Origin: Candidatus Binatia bacterium
GTDB taxonomy: Bacteria > Desulfobacterota > Binatia > UBA9968
Direction: 5' to 3'
DNA: 32,000 nucleotides
Assembly (NCBI GenBank): GCA_041483675.1
Contig: JBGPGE010000030.1
Span: 1 to 32,000, forward strand
Under the pieces are notes generated by a model. That model saw only the letters and a program-made list of their open reading frames with translations, was not told the origin of the DNA and searched no databases. How positions within the stretch are numbered: the stretch's first letter is position 1; the number at the start of each line of letters is the position of its first letter. Below are positions 7,944 through 18,216 of the stretch, one piece after another. Made by a program: the position numbers and the translations under genes.

Positions 7944-9512
7944 ATGTCGGAGAAAATTATGAACGATCAGATCGTGAAAATATTCGATACCACGCTCAGG
8001 GACGGCGAGCAGTCTCCCGGGGCGAGCATGAACATGGAAGAAAAGGTGGTGATCGCGCGCCAACTGGAGAAGCTCGGGGTGGACGTGATCGAGGCCGGCT
8101 TTGCCGCGTCGTCGGACGGCGACTTCGAGTCCGTCGAGCGCGTCTCCAAGGATGTCAAGCGACCGCGGGTGCTGAGCCTGGCGCGCGCCCAGGAGGGCGA
8201 TATCAAGCGGGCGTTGAAGGCGGTCGAGCACGCGAAGCATCCGGGGATTCATATCTTCATCGCCACGTCCGATATCCACATGAAGCATAAACTCCGGATG
8301 TCGCGCGACGAGGTGGTGGACGCCGCGGTGTGGGCCGTGAGCTACGCCAAGAAGCATATCGACTATATCGAGTTTTCGGCGGAGGACGCGTCGCGGAGCG
8401 ACTGGGGGTTTCTGGTGAAGGTCTTCGGCGAGGTGATCCGCGCCGGCGCAAGCACGCTTAATGTTCCGGACACGACCGGCTACGCGATCCCCTCGGAGTT
8501 CGGCGCGCTGGTGCGCCACCTGATCGAGCACACCGACGGCGCGGATCGCGTCATCTGGAGCGCGCACTGCCACAACGATCTGGGGCTCGCGACGGCCAAC
8601 TCGCTGGCGGCCGTGGCGAACGGGGCGCGGCAGGTGGAGTGCACGATCAACGGCATCGGCGAACGCGCGGGAAACACTTCGTTGGAAGAAGTCGTGATGG
8701 CGATTAAGACGAGAAAGAATCTTCTCGACGTGGACACCAACGTCGTGACGGAGCAGATCTATCCGACGTCGCGTCTGCTGTCGCAGATCACGGGGATTGC
8801 GATCCCGATCAACAAGCCGATTGTCGGCGACAATGCCTTCGCGCACGAAGCCGGCATCCATCAAGACGGCGTGCTGAAGCATAAGTACACCTACGAGATC
8901 ATGACGCCGGAGTCGATCGGCATTCCCGGCAACCGGCTGGTGATGGGGAAGCACTCCGGCCGCCACGCCTTCGGCGAGCGGTTGAAGGAGTTGGGATTCA
9001 ATCTCGAAAAGGAAGACATGAATCGCGCGTTTCTCCGCTTCAAGGAGCTGGCGGACAAGAAGAAAGAAGTTTACGACGAGGACATCGAGGCGATCGTGGC
9101 GGAGGAGATTCTGAGACTGCCCGGACAACCGGACGCCTTCGAGCTGCTCTATTTGAACGTCAGCTCAAGCTCCAACGCGGTCCCGTCGGCGACGGTGAAG
9201 ATGCGGGTCAACGGCGACGAGCGCACCGAGCCCGCGACGGGCGACGGCGTGGTGGACGCCTGCTACAAGGCGATCACCAAGCTGACCGGCGCGCGCGCCA
9301 ACCTCGTGCGCTACTCGGTCAAGGCGATCAGCGGCGGGACCGATGCCCAGGGAGAGGTCTCCTGTCTGCTCGAGGACGGCGGCATTCGGGTCTCCGGGCA
9401 GGGGTCGCACACCGACATCATCATGGCGAGCGCGCTGGCCTACATCAACGCGCTCAACAAGCTTGAGTATCGCAAGCAGTACCGCCAACTGGTGGAGCGG
9501 GAAGGACCGTAA
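7944..9512 (+). CDS. leuA: 2-isopropylmalate synthase
   Basis: 522 aa; VKIFDTTLRDGEQSPGASMNMEEKVVIARQLEKLGVDVIEAGF, HCHNDLGLATANSLAAV, GERAGNTSLEEVVMAI, HEAGIHQDG. Confidence 0.97.
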   Translation: MSEKIMNDQIVKIFDTTLRDGEQSPGASMNMEEKVVIARQLEKLGVDVIEAGFAASSDGDFESVERVSKDVKRPRVLSLARAQEGDIKRALKAVEHAKHPGIHIFIATSDIHMKHKLRMSRDEVVDAAVWAVSYAKKHIDYIEFSAEDASRSDWGFLVKVFGEVIRAGASTLNVPDTTGYAIPSEFGALVRHLIEHTDGADRVIWSAHCHNDLGLATANSLAAVANGARQVECTINGIGERAGNTSLEEVVMAIKTRKNLLDVDTNVVTEQIYPTSRLLSQITGIAIPINKPIVGDNAFAHEAGIHQDGVLKHKYTYEIMTPESIGIPGNRLVMGKHSGRHAFGERLKELGFNLEKEDMNRAFLRFKELADKKKEVYDEDIEAIVAEEILRLPGQPDAFELLYLNVSSSSNAVPSATVKMRVNGDERTEPATGDGVVDACYKAITKLTGARANLVRYSVKAISGGTDAQGEVSCLLEDGGIRVSGQGSHTDIIMASALAYINALNKLEYRKQYRQLVEREGP

Positions 9513-9789
9513 AAAATAGTTTTTAGTGTCCCCTTCGGGGATGGTGGAAACCCCTCGCCTTTAGGCGAAGCAAAAGTTCGTCATGCCCGCGGAAGCGGGC
9601 ATCCACGGCGGTGGCGGAGCGGGCCATGAGGCAAAGACTGGATTCCCGCTTGCGCGGGAATGACGGAGTGGGGAGGTAGCCGACTTCCAGTCGACAGTTT
9701 TGGAACCCCTCGGCTTGGAGCCGAGGGTTGTTCAGTTTTGAGTTGAACTCGAAATCAGAAACCAGAAACGCGGATCGAGGGAGGGATAC

Positions 9790-10878
9790 TTGAATTTCAA
9801 TATTGCAGTTTTGCCGGGGGATGGGATCGGGCCTGAGGTCGTTCGCGAGGGGACGCAGGTCTTAAAGCAGGTGGCGGGGCTTTATCGCTTTCAGGTCGAG
9901 TTGGAAGAGGGGATCGTCGGCGGCGCTTCCATCGACGCTCATGGGAAGCCGCTCACGGAGCCGGTGCTCAAGTTGGCGAAGGAGAGCGACGCGGTGTTGC
10001 TCGGCGCGATGGGCGGCCCCAAGTGGGACGCGCTGGATTATTCCATCCGTCCCGAGCGGGCGCTGCTGGCGCTGCGGCAGGAACTTGGGCTGTTCGCCAA
10101 CCTGCGTCCGGTTAAGCTCTTCTCCGCTCTCGCCTCGGCCTCGACTTTGAGACGCGAGATCGTGGAGGGAACGGATTTGCTGGTGGTGCGGGAGCTGACC
10201 GGCGGCATCTACTTCGGCCAGCCCAAGGGGATTACCAAGCTTCCCGACGGCACCGAGCGCGGCGTCAATACGGAGGTCTACACCACGCCGGAGATCGAGC
10301 GGATCGCCAAAGTCGGCTTCGACGCGGCGAGGCGGCGTCGGAAGAAAGTCACTTCGGTGGACAAGGCTAATGTCCTGGAGGCAACCGAGCTGTGGCGCCG
10401 GGTCGTCACGCGGGTGCACAAGGAGCAGGGCTACACCGATGTCGCGCTCGATCACATGCTGGTGGACAACTGCGCGATGCAGTTGATCCGCGATCCCAAG
10501 CAGTTCGACGTCCTGGTGACGACGAATATGTTCGGCGATATCCTGAGCGACGAGGCGGCGATGCTCACGGGCTCGATCGGCATGCTGCCGTCGGCCAGCC
10601 TCGGCGGAAAAGTCGGGATGTATGAGCCGGTCCACGGCAGCGCGCCGGATATTACCGGAAAGGATTTGGCGAATCCGCTGGCGACGATCCTGAGCATCGC
10701 GCTCATGCTGCGCCATTCCTTGGATCAGGGAAAGGCCGCCGATCGCGTCGAAGCGGCGGTGGAGAAGGTGCTCGACGAGGGCTACCGCACGGCGGATATT
10801 AAATCGGAAGGCTGCAAACTCATAGGCTGCAAGGAGATGGGGCGGCTGGTTCGTGACAAGATAGAAAAGCTCGGCTGA
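9790..10878 (+). CDS. leuB: 3-isopropylmalate dehydrogenase
   Basis: 362 aa; [80 protein letters not shown]. Confidence 0.97.
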   Translation: MNFNIAVLPGDGIGPEVVREGTQVLKQVAGLYRFQVELEEGIVGGASIDAHGKPLTEPVLKLAKESDAVLLGAMGGPKWDALDYSIRPERALLALRQELGLFANLRPVKLFSALASASTLRREIVEGTDLLVVRELTGGIYFGQPKGITKLPDGTERGVNTEVYTTPEIERIAKVGFDAARRRRKKVTSVDKANVLEATELWRRVVTRVHKEQGYTDVALDHMLVDNCAMQLIRDPKQFDVLVTTNMFGDILSDEAAMLTGSIGMLPSASLGGKVGMYEPVHGSAPDITGKDLANPLATILSIALMLRHSLDQGKAADRVEAAVEKVLDEGYRTADIKSEGCKLIGCKEMGRLVRDKIEKLG

Positions 10879-10889
10879 AGAGCCGAATG

Positions 10890-10958
10890 CAATTTTAGAT
10901 TTTAGATTGCCGATTTCCGATTAATAGAAAATCCAAAATCGAAAATCCAAAATCGGGG
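10890..10958. repeat. Low-complexity AT-rich intergenic repeat (ATTTTAGATTTTAGATT ... AAAATCCAAAATCGAAAATCCAAAATC)
   Basis: Read directly; T-rich arm followed by partly complementary A-rich arm. Confidence 0.75.
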
Positions 10959-10965
10959 AGGGGTT

Positions 10966-11988
<1,023 letters not shown>

Positions 11989-11998
11989 AAAGGTTCTC

Positions 11999-12190
11999 AT
12001 GATGACTGCTTTGCGCAAGGCCGGACGCAAGAACGCTTCACTGTCGGTCAGCCAACGGCGGCGTCCTCGTCCGTCCCGGATCAAGCCGGCCGCCGTTTCT
12101 CCCTCGACTGCGGCCGGACGGCTCGGCCTCGCCCTGGAACTTTCCGACCTCTGTCTTGCCTTGCGCGACGCCGCGCGCCGGAAGCGGTAA
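11999..12190 (+). CDS. Small hypothetical protein, coupled to the downstream nucleotidyltransferase
   Basis: 63 aa; stop TAA overlaps the ATG of the next gene (TAATG). Confidence 0.4.
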   Translation: MMTALRKAGRKNASLSVSQRRRPRPSRIKPAAVSPSTAAGRLGLALELSDLCLALRDAARRKR

Positions 12191-12798
12191 TGGAGCCACG
12201 CTTCGTTCCGGCGCTCGCCACGCTGCGGAAGGTCTTCGAAGACGCCTCGCAATCTCTTCAGGTTCCAATCCATTTTGCCGTGATCGGGGGACTGGCGGTA
12301 TCGACGTGGGGAGCGGTGCGAGCGACCCAGGACATCGATCTCCTGGCCGATAGTGACCCGAGTCCCCTAAGTGACAGGCAATTTCGTGTTCGCTTGCAAA
12401 AGCACTTGGAAGAAGAGGGGTGCGTGGTGGAGTGGCGGGTAGGTGACCCCGACGACCCCATTCCTTTGCTCTTGCACATTGAGTTGCCGCGTCCGGCGCG
12501 TGGCATGGGAGTCGATATCCTCTGGGCTAATAATCGCTGGCAGCGAGAGGCGCTCGTTAGGAGCATATCTCTAAAAGTCTCTCGGCTGGAAGTGTCCGTT
12601 CTCCATCCGGAAGACCTGATTCTCATGAAGCTGGAGGCCGGTGGTCCGCAGGACCTGCTGGATGTGGAGAGGTTGCTTGCCAATCCCCCGACGCAACTGA
12701 ACCTCAGGGGTCTCCGAAACAAGGCCGCAACGCTACGCCTGGCCAGGGTATTAAACAATTGCTTGCGTGGCGCCGGGATGGAACCGAAGAAATCGTAA
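12190..12798 (+). CDS. Nucleotidyltransferase-fold protein (AbiEii/MNT-like)
   Basis: 202 aa; FAVIGGLAVSTWGAVRATQDIDLLAD matches the GG...RxTxDIDLL nucleotidyltransferase motif. Confidence 0.75.
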   Translation: MEPRFVPALATLRKVFEDASQSLQVPIHFAVIGGLAVSTWGAVRATQDIDLLADSDPSPLSDRQFRVRLQKHLEEEGCVVEWRVGDPDDPIPLLLHIELPRPARGMGVDILWANNRWQREALVRSISLKVSRLEVSVLHPEDLILMKLEAGGPQDLLDVERLLANPPTQLNLRGLRNKAATLRLARVLNNCLRGAGMEPKKS

Positions 12799-12862
12799 CC
12801 GCAAAGGCGCCGCCCTGAACGCCGTCCAAATCGCGGAGATTTTGATCCGGGACTATATTTGA
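12799..12862 (+). pseudogene. Orphan asd 3'-end copy (copy 2)
   Basis: In-frame translation RKGAALNAVQIAEILIRDYI* identical to the Asd C-terminus (asd 11925..11988); all 8 nt differences synonymous. Confidence 0.9.
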
Positions 12863-12880
12863 AAGAAACCAGATTTACGG

Positions 12881-13090
12881 TCAGGCTCTACGCGAATCTT
12901 TCCGTTTGGCAATCAGTTGCCGTATCTCGGGGAGGAGGTCCCTCGGTACTTCGATGACGGTTTGAGTGGAGTTCTCAAAAGCGGCCTCGTCTTCCGCCAC
13001 TGCTTCTTCTTCGGTCTGCTGCTCGTAGTGGGCGAGTACCTTCCGTACCCTCTCCTGGTTCCAACCTGATGGAAATTTATTCTGTCTCAT
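12881..13090 (-). CDS. Small antitoxin-like protein, apparently without partner
   Basis: From ATG 13090: MRQNKFPSGWNQERVRKVLAHYEQQTEEEAVAEDEAAFENSTQTVIEVPRDLLPEIRQLIAKRKDSRRA, resembling small solo/paired antitoxins. Confidence 0.6.
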   Translation of the reverse strand: MRQNKFPSGWNQERVRKVLAHYEQQTEEEAVAEDEAAFENSTQTVIEVPRDLLPEIRQLIAKRKDSRRA

Positions 13091-13196
13091 CCAAGGATTT
13101 CGGGATCGGTGTGAATCACGCTTTTTCGGGCGCCCATAAGACCACCTCCGCAAAGGAGGATAGCACCGGTTCCTCTGGAAATCTAATTGAGGCCTT

Positions 13197-13283
13197 TTCT
13201 GGATCATCGCCGACAATCTCCGCAAAGGCGCGGCGCTGAATACCGTCCAGGTCGCGGAGATACTGATCGGGGGTTATCTGTGG
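13197..13283 (+). pseudogene. Orphan asd 3'-end copy (copy 3), degenerate, stop codon lost
   Basis: [29 protein letters not shown] versus Asd [28 protein letters not shown]; about 80% nt identity over 87 nt to 11902..11988. Confidence 0.85.
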
Positions 13284-13440
13284 GCTGTATCGCGAGCCTC
13301 ACTCCTAGCTGGAGCCTGAACTAGCAAGATTGCAATGTCTGACCCCCAGGCCAAAGTTGCCGTAGTGCATCCCTGTTTTGGCTGGGCAAGCTCAAATAAC
13401 CTGACTCCAAACATGCTGTGCTCCCCTACGCTGCAGAGGA

Positions 13441-14238
13441 TTAGTGCACTTTCGATAGCCGCTCAATAAGCCTCCTATACACGGTCGAAAGTTGTCCATC
13501 CAACTCAAATTGATCGCGTGCGTGGGCCGTTTCGAGAACAAGCCTAATGGAGGTACAGAGTGCGAGGGATTGGGCGCGTGGGTCATTTCGGGGATTCGGA
13601 TGGATAAGGTCCGGTTGATCTCGGAACAGTCCCAGCCCAAAAAACCCGCCGTGGGCCGCGCTTGATAACGTGGCATAGTAACGAGCCATCTCCGGGGGCA
13701 GGAGCTTATCCGCAGCTTCCTGGGGCCGGTGGTAGTACTCGGGCGCATACCAGTAGCCTGATACGCGCTCCTTGAAGATGAAACGTCGCGCTTTCTCCTG
13801 GTCAGATCCGCTCAACCGTGCAATACCGGAGTCGATTTGTCGCCGGCAATCCTTGTGCAATTCATCATTGGCGTCAGTTGAACGGAGCGTCACTTTAAGA
13901 AAAAAGTGTGTGCAACGGAACCCGCGTATTTCGGCTTCTTCGTGGAGCTCGACGATAATGGCCGTGCTCAGCAGTAGGTCTAAGAGCGTGCGCAAGATTG
14001 GCGCAGAACAAGATACCCATCCTGTAGCACACAGCGCTAGAAGCGCCTGATGAAAGGCTATTATGTCGGCCTCGAGACGGTACAACGCGCCACCCGCAAG
14101 GGGATATGGGTGGTTACCGTTGAATTGTTCGACGATCGCAGCGTTGACTGCTACCGCGTATGAGGATGCAGCGTCGTGAAGCCGCACAAGCGCTTCGTCG
14201 ATAAGTGGTTTAGCCCGCTCTATTATCTTCCCGGTCAT
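13441..14238 (-). CDS. DUF5677-like hypothetical protein
   Basis: About 265 aa; helical protein with FHQALLALCATGWVSCSAPILRTLLDLLLS and YYATLSSAAHGGFFGL, typical of DUF5677 proteins. Confidence 0.6.
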   Translation of the reverse strand: MTGKIIERAKPLIDEALVRLHDAASSYAVAVNAAIVEQFNGNHPYPLAGGALYRLEADIIAFHQALLALCATGWVSCSAPILRTLLDLLLSTAIIVELHEEAEIRGFRCTHFFLKVTLRSTDANDELHKDCRRQIDSGIARLSGSDQEKARRFIFKERVSGYWYAPEYYHRPQEAADKLLPPEMARYYATLSSAAHGGFFGLGLFRDQPDLIHPNPRNDPRAQSLALCTSIRLVLETAHARDQFELDGQLSTVYRRLIERLSKVH

Positions 14239-14347
14239 GCGCCTCATTCATTCGGTAAACTTTGAGACTCTGGCGATTGTCATGCGTCCCTAAGTTGTTG
14301 TCAAGGCAGCTTGGCAACCGCTGTCAGTTTAAGGTAGAAAACAAATC

Positions 14348-15499
14348 ATGGCTCAGCCTTTCGACATCTCTCTCATCACCCGTGGTGCGAGGCTTCGCAG
14401 ATCCCCGTTTTTTGAGGCGACGCAGCGGTATGGGTGTAAGAGCTACACGGTTTACAACCATATGCTGCTTCCCAGCTACTACGACGATCCGGTGAAGGAG
14501 TACTGGAAGTTGATCGAGGGAGTGACGCTTTGGGACGTGGGCGTCGAGCGGCAGGTGGAGATTACGGGGCCTGATGCTTTCGCGTTCACGAACATGTTGA
14601 CGCCTCGGGATTTGAGCCAGTGCAAAGTCGGGCAGGGGAAGTACGTGCTAATCACGGACGAGAACGGCGGGATTATCAACGATCCGGTGTTGATGCGGCT
14701 GGGAGAAAATCATTTCTGGCTGGCGGTGGCCGATAGCGACGTGCTGCTGTGGGCCAAAGGTGTTGCGTTGAACTCCCGCATGGACGTACAAATCCAAGAG
14801 CCCGATGTCTCGCCGATTCAAATTCAGGGACCGAGATCGAAGCAGGTCATAGAACGGCTCTTTGGTCCGGAAATCCTAGAGATGCCGTACTATCATTTCG
14901 TCGAGACGAAGTTGGACGGCCTCCCTTTGATCGTGACCCGCACAGGCTGGACGGGCGAAGTCGGCTACGAGATTTATCTACGCGACGGAAGCCGTGGCGT
15001 GGAGTTGTGGAAAAAGGTGATGGAGGCGGGGAAGCCGTACGGCATCGCGCCGACAGGCCCCTCGGACATTCGCCGTATCGAAGCGGGCATACTCAACTAC
15101 GGCATCGACATGACTCTCGCTGAAAACCCTTACGAGGTCGGGTTGGATCGGCTGGTCGATCTCGAAAAGAAGGGCGACTTCATCGGCCAAAAAGCGCTGC
15201 AACGAATAAAGACGGAAGGCGTGAATCGCAAGCTGGTCGGAGTCGAGATCGACGGCGCATCGCTGGATCTCAATCTCACGCGCTGGCCTGTGAGCGGGGA
15301 TGGCAAGCAAGTTGGACATGTGACGTCTGCCGTTTACTCACCGCGTCTCAAGAAAAACATCGGCTATGCGATGGTGCCGGTCGAATGCGGTGAACTGGGG
15401 ACGAAACTAAGCGTGACGGTCCCGGATTCCGGCGAAAGAAATGCCACCGTCGTCAAAAAGCCTTTCCTCGATCCCGAGAAGACAACCCCCAAATCCTAG
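14348..15499 (+). CDS. Glycine cleavage T-protein family aminomethyltransferase (DmdA-like)
   Basis: 383 aa; LWDVGVERQVEITGPDAFAFTNMLTPRD, LPLIVTRTGWTGEVGYEIYL, GIGPTGPSDIRRIEAGILNYGIDM-like segment, GHVTSAVYSPRLKKNIGYAMV. Confidence 0.88.
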   Translation: MAQPFDISLITRGARLRRSPFFEATQRYGCKSYTVYNHMLLPSYYDDPVKEYWKLIEGVTLWDVGVERQVEITGPDAFAFTNMLTPRDLSQCKVGQGKYVLITDENGGIINDPVLMRLGENHFWLAVADSDVLLWAKGVALNSRMDVQIQEPDVSPIQIQGPRSKQVIERLFGPEILEMPYYHFVETKLDGLPLIVTRTGWTGEVGYEIYLRDGSRGVELWKKVMEAGKPYGIAPTGPSDIRRIEAGILNYGIDMTLAENPYEVGLDRLVDLEKKGDFIGQKALQRIKTEGVNRKLVGVEIDGASLDLNLTRWPVSGDGKQVGHVTSAVYSPRLKKNIGYAMVPVECGELGTKLSVTVPDSGERNATVVKKPFLDPEKTTPKS

Positions 15500-16686
15500 C
15501 TCGCGGCGCGCGTTCGGCTGATGAATTTGCAGCTCCAGAGTGAAGCAAAGAACATCGCGATGACCATCACCGGGCCGAAAAAAAACAGCCGCTCGATGCC
15601 GGTGAACGCGGCGATCAAGCCGCCGAGGCTCGGGCCGATGATGTTTCCCACGTCGCCCGCGGCGTTGAAGAGGCCCGAGGCCACTCCGCGGCTCACTTTG
15701 GTCTCGTCCACGTCCTCCACCATGCCGATCGTGTTGCTCACGATCGCCACCGCCCGCATGAACCCTGAGATAACGAACAGCGTGAGCACCGGCCCGAAGC
15801 CGTGAAACAGCGGGACAAGGGTCAGGAAGAGCGCTTGCAGCGGCAACGTCACGACGGCGAGATTTCTCTGGGAGAAGCGCTTGACCGCCATCCCGCTGAG
15901 CGGACGGGTAATCGCGTTGCACATCGCGTAGAGGCCTTTGATCACACCGACTTTCGTCAGCGAGATGCCGACAGCCAGGCCATAGAGCGGCAGGAACACG
16001 TTGCCCATCTGGTGCATCAGATTGAGGAACAGCGCCACGACGACGATCCCCGCGAGCTTGGGATTTAACAGATTTTTGAGCGAGCCGACAAATGTCTGCG
16101 GCGTCGTCACCCGGAGCGACCCGCTCGTCCCCACCGCTGAAGCCGGGACTTTCAAGAAAAAAAGCAGCGCCACGCAGGCGAGCGCCAGGATGCCCGAGAA
16201 GTTGAATGTAGCGGCATAACTCAGCCGGTCGGCGATATAGCCCGCTAAAAAACCTCCGGTCGAATAGCCGATGGCGAGACAGCCGGCGTAGTAGCCCATC
16301 GCGTGGTGGCGGTCTTCGTCCGGCGGCAGCGCGTCGACGTAAAACGCAAGATAAATCGTAGTCGCTGCGCCGTAGGCGAATCCGTTCAGGGCGTGGATGA
16401 CCGCAAACTCAAACGGTCTCACGGTGAAACCATAGAGAAAGTTGCACAGCGCCATCGTCGAGATCGCCGCCATGAGCAGCCACCGCGCGCGCTCGCGGTT
16501 GTAGGCGATGCCGGAGGGCACGCGCGCGACGAGGGCGAAGACCGGCGCGAGAGAGACCAGCGTGCCGATGGCCGAGACCGGATATTTCAAGTCGTCCAAG
16601 AACGGCGGGATGATAAACTGCGCCGCGTTCTGCTGCGCCGTCATGGCGGCGACGGGAAGACAGAGCTTCAGCGTCGCCATCTTCAT
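15496..16686 (-). CDS. MFS transporter
   Basis: Multi-TM; start placed at ATG 16686 (MKMATLKLCLPVAAMTAQQNAAQFIIPPFLDDLKYPVSAIG), rather than the track's 17028 which includes non-hydrophobic lead-in antisense to the next gene. Confidence 0.88.
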   Translation of the reverse strand: MKMATLKLCLPVAAMTAQQNAAQFIIPPFLDDLKYPVSAIGTLVSLAPVFALVARVPSGIAYNRERARWLLMAAISTMALCNFLYGFTVRPFEFAVIHALNGFAYGAATTIYLAFYVDALPPDEDRHHAMGYYAGCLAIGYSTGGFLAGYIADRLSYAATFNFSGILALACVALLFFLKVPASAVGTSGSLRVTTPQTFVGSLKNLLNPKLAGIVVVALFLNLMHQMGNVFLPLYGLAVGISLTKVGVIKGLYAMCNAITRPLSGMAVKRFSQRNLAVVTLPLQALFLTLVPLFHGFGPVLTLFVISGFMRAVAIVSNTIGMVEDVDETKVSRGVASGLFNAAGDVGNIIGPSLGGLIAAFTGIERLFFFGPVMVIAMFFASLWSCKFISRTRAAS

Positions 16687-16816
16687 GAGCGAGCCTGCGC
16701 GGAATATTTTCTTGCGTGCATTGTCCGTGAGTCTTATCCCAAGCCGCCGCCGAGTTCCAGCCGTGATGGACAATTTTGCCGGCTTGCGATAATGAAACTT
16801 TGATCGGAGGTCCTGG

Positions 16817-17704
16817 ATGGAACTGAAGCGCTCGTGGATGTTTGTGCCCGGCCATCGGCAGAAGATGATCGACAAGGCGCTGGGGCTGAGCGCCGACGTC
16901 GTCATGCTCGATATCGAAGACGGCGTGGCGCCGAGTGAAAAAGATACGGCGCGGAAGTTGATCGGCGAGGCGCTCGGCCGCGAGCGGGCGCCCGGAACTC
17001 CCGAGCGCTTCGTGCGCGTCAACGCCATCGGTCACGCGCGGATGGACGCGGACCTGGAGGCGGTGCTGCGCCACGGACTGAACGGTCTCGTCCTGCCCAA
17101 GGTTGAAACCGTGGAAGAAGTTCTCAAGGTTGCGTCGATCGTGACCGAGCGCGAACCCAAGCTCGACATCGCACGCGGAAGCATCCGGTTGCTGATCGCC
17201 ATCGAAAGCCCGCGCGGGTTGCTGAATGCGCCGGCCATTGCATCTTGCTCGCCGCGCGTCATCGGCTTGATGTTCGGCGCCGAGGACTACGGCCGTGAAA
17301 TGGGTCTGCCGACAAAACGGGAAGGGGAGGCGCAGGAGTTGCTCTACGCGCGCTCGGCGATGGCGGTCGCCGCGGCTTCCGCTCACGTGCAGCCGGTCGA
17401 CGGCGTGTGGGTCGATCTCAAAGACATGGACGGGCTTTTCGGATTCGCCCGCCAGTCGCGCCGCCTGGGATTCTCCGGCATGTCGCTGATCCATCCGTCG
17501 CAGATCGATCCGATCAATTCGGTTTTCAGTCCCACGCCGGAGGAGATCGAATACGCCAGGCAGGTCGTTCAAGCCTTCGAAGAGGCGAATGCCCGCGGCG
17601 ACGGCTCGATCTCATTGGGCGGCCAGTTGATCGACCGGCCGATCGTCGAGCGCGCCAGGCGCGCGCTGGAGATGGCGAAGATGTTGGGGATCAACAAGGG
17701 ATGA
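16817..17704 (+). CDS. HpcH/HpaI aldolase/citrate lyase family protein (CitE/CoA-ester lyase-like)
   Basis: 295 aa; MELKRSWMFVPGHRQKMIDKALGLSADVVMLDIEDGVAPSEKDTAR, FVRVNAIG, LLIAIESPRGLLNAPAI, LMFGAEDY. Confidence 0.93.
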   Translation: MELKRSWMFVPGHRQKMIDKALGLSADVVMLDIEDGVAPSEKDTARKLIGEALGRERAPGTPERFVRVNAIGHARMDADLEAVLRHGLNGLVLPKVETVEEVLKVASIVTEREPKLDIARGSIRLLIAIESPRGLLNAPAIASCSPRVIGLMFGAEDYGREMGLPTKREGEAQELLYARSAMAVAAASAHVQPVDGVWVDLKDMDGLFGFARQSRRLGFSGMSLIHPSQIDPINSVFSPTPEEIEYARQVVQAFEEANARGDGSISLGGQLIDRPIVERARRALEMAKMLGINKG

Positions 17705-17723
17705 GACTGGGATTCCATCGCCA

Positions 17724-18149
17724 ATGAGCGGGAAGTTGGCAAAGATGCGACAGAGCGTGGCGGGTTTGTTTTGTGTCCTCCTGTGGACGACAGCCGCGTT
17801 CTCGCAGGAAACGCCCTGGACGCGCTATATGGCTGAAGCGGCAAAGGCAGACCAGCAAGGCCGCTTTATGGGGGCGGAGATGCACTTGTTGGCGGCAGTA
17901 AAGGAGGCGGAGGGATTTGGGCCAGAAGACCCCCGCCTAGCTGCAAGCCTCATGGCCTTGGCGCTGCTCTACCACGCCCAGGGTCAGTACGCTGAGGCGG
18001 AGCCGCTCTACAAGCAGGCTTTGGCGATCAAGGAAGATGTGGTCGCGGCATTGGAGAACTATGCCGACTTGCTCCGGAAGACCAACCGGCAGACCGAGGC
18101 GGAAAAAATGGAAGCGCGCGCCAAGGCAATCCGGGCGAAGCAACGTTAA
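17724..18149 (+). CDS. Secreted tetratricopeptide-repeat protein
   Basis: Signal-peptide-like N-terminus and LAASLMALALLYHAQGQYAEAEPLYKQALAIKEDV. Confidence 0.8.
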   Translation: MSGKLAKMRQSVAGLFCVLLWTTAAFSQETPWTRYMAEAAKADQQGRFMGAEMHLLAAVKEAEGFGPEDPRLAASLMALALLYHAQGQYAEAEPLYKQALAIKEDVVAALENYADLLRKTNRQTEAEKMEARAKAIRAKQR

Positions 18150-18216
18150 GCGAGCCAGGCGCGCATGGAGATGGCGAACAGGCTGCGGGGTATCGACAGA
18201 CGTCTGTGATATGTTT

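Noticed and set aside
7800-9128. 442-aa minus-strand ORF opposite leuA
   Set aside because: Long antisense shadow ORF caused by high GC; the + strand encodes an unmistakable LeuA and the minus translation is Arg/His-rich with no domain pattern.
9862-10716. 284-aa minus-strand ORF opposite leuB
   Set aside because: Shadow ORF; low-complexity Gln/Arg/His composition.
13148-13165. Possible fourth asd-like fragment (ccgcaaaggagg)
   Set aside because: Match limited to about 10 nt and not followed by further asd sequence; expected by chance.
16687-17028. N-terminal extension of the MFS ORF in the supplied track
   Set aside because: Not hydrophobic, partly antisense to the CitE-like gene; ATG 16686 gives a normal transporter N-terminus.
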